Positions 53,501 through 55,069 of a stretch of DNA of 55,069 nucleotides are shown one piece after another (position 1 is the first letter of the stretch; every line of letters begins with the position of its first letter). A program made the translations under genes and the position numbers. Origin of the DNA: Candidatus Kerfeldbacteria bacterium RIFCSPLOWO2_02_FULL_42_19. GTDB taxonomy: Bacteria > Patescibacteriota > Patescibacteriia > HO2-48-17. The stretch covers positions 194,080 through 249,148 of the forward strand of contig MHKF01000012.1 in NCBI GenBank assembly GCA_001818315.1, given 5' to 3'. The notes beneath the pieces are model-generated. The model saw only the letters and a program-made list of their open reading frames with translations, was not told where the DNA came from and made no database searches.

Positions 53501-55069
53501 GCACCGGCAGTTATCGACACCGGGAGGCGGGTCGTCGTCGCCTGATCGACACTGATATCCTGCGCTGCAATTTGAGAATTGCGCTTCCTGACACGCCGGG
53601 AAGTTTTCGTCGATACATTGCGTTCCAGCACCGCCTGGGTTTGGACAAAATGTTGGTGCATCTTCAATGGAGGTACAACTTCCGGCATTGCAGCAATTAG
53701 AAATGCAGTCAACGTTGTTCACACATGCTCCTCCTGGGTCGCCCGGACAGGCTGCGTTACTGATGCAGATATTGTTTCGACAGCAGCCTGGAGCGCCGCA
53801 ATCATTGTGATCGTCGCAAGTGATGACCAGATCGATGGCATTACTGGCGCAGGAATCATTCGTGATTTTTACTGGTCCGCTGATACTTACAGGGTTCGCT
53901 TGAGCTTCGACAGAAGTTTGTATCCACTGCGGATAATTTATTGCTTGTTCCCATTGTTGCGGATCTTGTTGTTTTGTGAAAACGACGTAATCTTTGGCCG
54001 GAATATTGCGTGTTGCGCCAAAATTGTCGCCACTGAGCGTTGTTGTATAGGTATTGCGGTCAAAAGGAGCAAGGTCACAGAATAATGGAATACCATCTGG
54101 TCCTGCGAGTGCTATGGGATTGTTATTTTCGTCAACACAAAGATTGGTTATCGGGAATTCTTTTTTGTTACTCGCGAGATCTGTTGGTGTGCCATGCAAT
54201 CGGTTATTCACCCAAATTTCGGAGAGTGCGTCACGTGTGAGCCCCTCGGGAACTCGCGTGATAATGCGTGAGTTTCGCCAACTAGCGCCACCACATACCA
54301 TTTCGGATATCAATTCATTTCCGTTCGTTGTGTCGCGGAATTTCACAACGTCTTCTGCGGATTCATTCGTACTTCCAAAGTAGCAACCAGTGATTGTGAC
54401 GGATTGCGAAATAGGACCTTGGATGGGTGAAAGTGTTGTAATATATGGTGTGCATGTGCCGTTCACGCAGCTCGATGTTCCTGGACCGCATGCTTCGCAA
54501 TCGGTATCGGCCGTACAGAAAGCAAAATTCACTCGGAAAGGCGCGTCGTCATCCTGACCTTCGAGTGTTGACTGAATGCGCGCTGTGCCTTCATTATCGA
54601 CAGTATCGCCGACTGTTCGCGCAGTTGCTTGGTATTGATCGAGTGCACCTGTCATGTCCGCTACGTCTTTGCCGGCTGGATCGAGCGCTTGCCATTGATA
54701 TTGACCGTTATAGAGCGTTGGATTAATGAGTGTACAGTTCGGTCCGATGGGTATGGATTCGTAATTTTCTGTCTGAGGATGCGCATTATGTATGACGGGT
54801 TGATTGGGCGCTGTTGAATGCACGGAAACATTTTTTACTGGACAGGTTCCAGGATCGTTTTTTGTTTGGAAGTGCGCAGCAAAGTCTGCTCGCATATTGA
54901 CTCCGCCGCAGAGTCCTCCAGCAGTTTCGCACGCCGCTGGATTCGTTGGACAACTCCCCGGTACATTCAGAATTCGGCCATCACTAGTGAAACACGTATT
55001 AGGATCGCTTTGAACGTCTTTTGAAATAAAGAGTTCATACCATGTATTTTGTGCAAGGGTTCCTGGGAA
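50546..55069 (-). CDS. giant secreted/surface protein (5' end outside the window): Cys-rich modules, IPT/TIG-like domain, 7-blade beta-propeller-like repeats, large C-terminal domain
   Basis: The track ORF is 50546-54895. I translated the same frame upstream by hand and it stays open to 55069 (...CPTNPAACETAGGLCGGVNMRADF...), so the protein exceeds 1,500 aa. Repeats of the form AVGDNGTILK/WAVG lie at about 52280-53110. A Cys-rich block lies at about 53305-53830. Confidence 0.8.
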   Translation of the reverse strand, partial: FPGTLAQNTWYELFISKDVQSDPNTCFTSDGRILNVPGSCPTNPAACETAGGLCGGVNMRADFAAHFQTKNDPGTCPVKNVSVHSTAPNQPVIHNAHPQTENYESIPIGPNCTLINPTLYNGQYQWQALDPAGKDVADMTGALDQYQATARTVGDTVDNEGTARIQSTLEGQDDDAPFRVNFAFCTADTDCEACGPGTSSCVNGTCTPYITTLSPIQGPISQSVTITGCYFGSTNESAEDVVKFRDTTNGNELISEMVCGGASWRNSRIITRVPEGLTRDALSEIWVNNRLHGTPTDLASNKKEFPITNLCVDENNNPIALAGPDGIPLFCDLAPFDRNTYTTTLSGDNFGATRNIPAKDYVVFTKQQDPQQWEQAINYPQWIQTSVEAQANPVSISGPVKITNDSCASNAIDLVITCDDHNDCGAPGCCRNNICISNAACPGDPGGACVNNVDCISNCCNAGSCTSIEDAPTFCPNPGGAGTQCIDENFPACQEAQFSNCSAGYQCRSGDDDPPPGVDNCRCCCNPDIAERDSWLPGLTCVPNLETCTGGTRGLYCGCTNDAQCGDFITNGCGVVAGQAQLCCVARPIVESSLPTDGSYVCKNAVLEFTFSREMNPASITFANDNFQLLKEGVGSRIYNPSDGSHVSPVSEHLNAIDSFAENLIIAVGGNGTILKYDGANWQTEVSPTTEELNDVFVLDATQAWAVGDNGTILKLAGGVWSKENSGVTTHLRGAAATAPNNVWAVGDNGTMLRFTGVIWQNENPQGTITAEHLNDVTAIPDNIWMIGNKGTIVRFKTGEGYSKEFEGGTPENLKAIHALATAPVLYAVGNNGMVLFNDQQPNGWQIIPPDPAFQSTNLTGVQILPTTRRTWISGDNGVIAMYLGGPWTLSSTTDIFFKDIVATDTGFIRAVGNTYENISNIGQLRVYHTGSERDRKTVAQFIPTTEALPGNTALKAVWKGDDILTDNVPNGVVSKNNIGMNGPDLNASGFHNKNFEFTTTDSFCELANLKLTPYIPQDPIAFDPLHPPADSHDTFFERNQTGVVFAQGKSREGFTIAPIPGYSWRWDWEVTPAGQTIINAEASTTNVLPINTNGLNQNGEVEVFAYARPTNDGYASDPPKFGSLPIYVFYCQNPWAFSDIDGNGDDAGSLTPLHQIIRYCKDEYSAESTFNNTLVKSTGLPQGVYREYLFTQGGGTHDGIGVRVFANPERLNPAQWYKEHAPNPVANYSIISGGVNGYEAVQVGRTVYIAGTNQYDAADNGGLKNLFSNIYIISYSEGANNETQKIFREMIANWSFNTNVNVDLKDELVRDTKRVTELGAMAALLRDSYVQNRRYPDLKAGTFLRYQTTSKWNSWAETLGPSLSFIPIDPINSFDDPQTNCPATQGFDAEAETCWKPDAQAYVCPSIGNSAGIPSGKSRVYQYKVTPNGQAAWVFANLEYRYDDVSWVRYDNDGDGGLESDNPAMNPCDGVPGSSCNCFNYGLRNDVDADQAPQTTIIHNTLQMNP

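Overview
This is a 55-kb segment of a compact, moderately AT-rich bacterial chromosome. Operons are tight and co-directional with many ATGA stop/start overlaps. The gene content includes a class II B12-dependent RNR with NrdR, a short Rel enzyme, an LCP protein and many membrane-anchored hypothetical and Cys-rich surface proteins. This fits a Patescibacteria/CPR-like reduced genome, but that placement is inference only. All protein calls were made by eye from motifs in the supplied translations; no searches were run.

Gene order, left to right:
- two membrane-anchored hypotheticals flanking two CAT-anticodon tRNAs, then tRNA-Leu(CAA)
- a CofE-like ligase, an EEP nuclease/phosphatase and an ASCH-like protein
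- a 562-aa Cys-rich protein, a membrane protein and a B12-binding radical SAM enzyme
- parA and parB
- on the minus strand: rel, topA, dprA
- a 1.37-kb ORF-free structured gap
- a ~16-kb glycan/envelope cluster: DegT aminotransferase, SDR, GT4, three GT2, gmd-fcl, a DUF2304-like protein, a methyltransferase and a polytopic membrane protein. It is interrupted by a plus-strand ThDP enzyme plus aldehyde dehydrogenase pair.
- pth, der and an LCP protein
- a B12 salvage/use module: S-component-like protein, DUF4430-like protein, cobO, nrdJ, nrdR
- ftsA-ftsZ, then dgkA-ybeY
- three consecutive surface proteins, ending in a Cys-rich/beta-propeller protein of more than 1,500 aa that runs off the window

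I saw no rRNA, CRISPR array, transposase, integrase or phage genes.

The most unusual material is non-coding:
1. The hairpin-dense 1.37-kb gap at 19138-20509, a candidate large ncRNA or giant leader.
2. A family of ~90-nt hairpins at 14145-14236 and 44715-44804. One has a perfect 38-bp stem, and the two copies differ by compensatory changes.
3. A 35-bp perfect inverted repeat enclosing 88 nt in the ftsA-ftsZ spacer.
4. A GC-rich intergenic island with two hairpins that display the same 11-nt loop motif.
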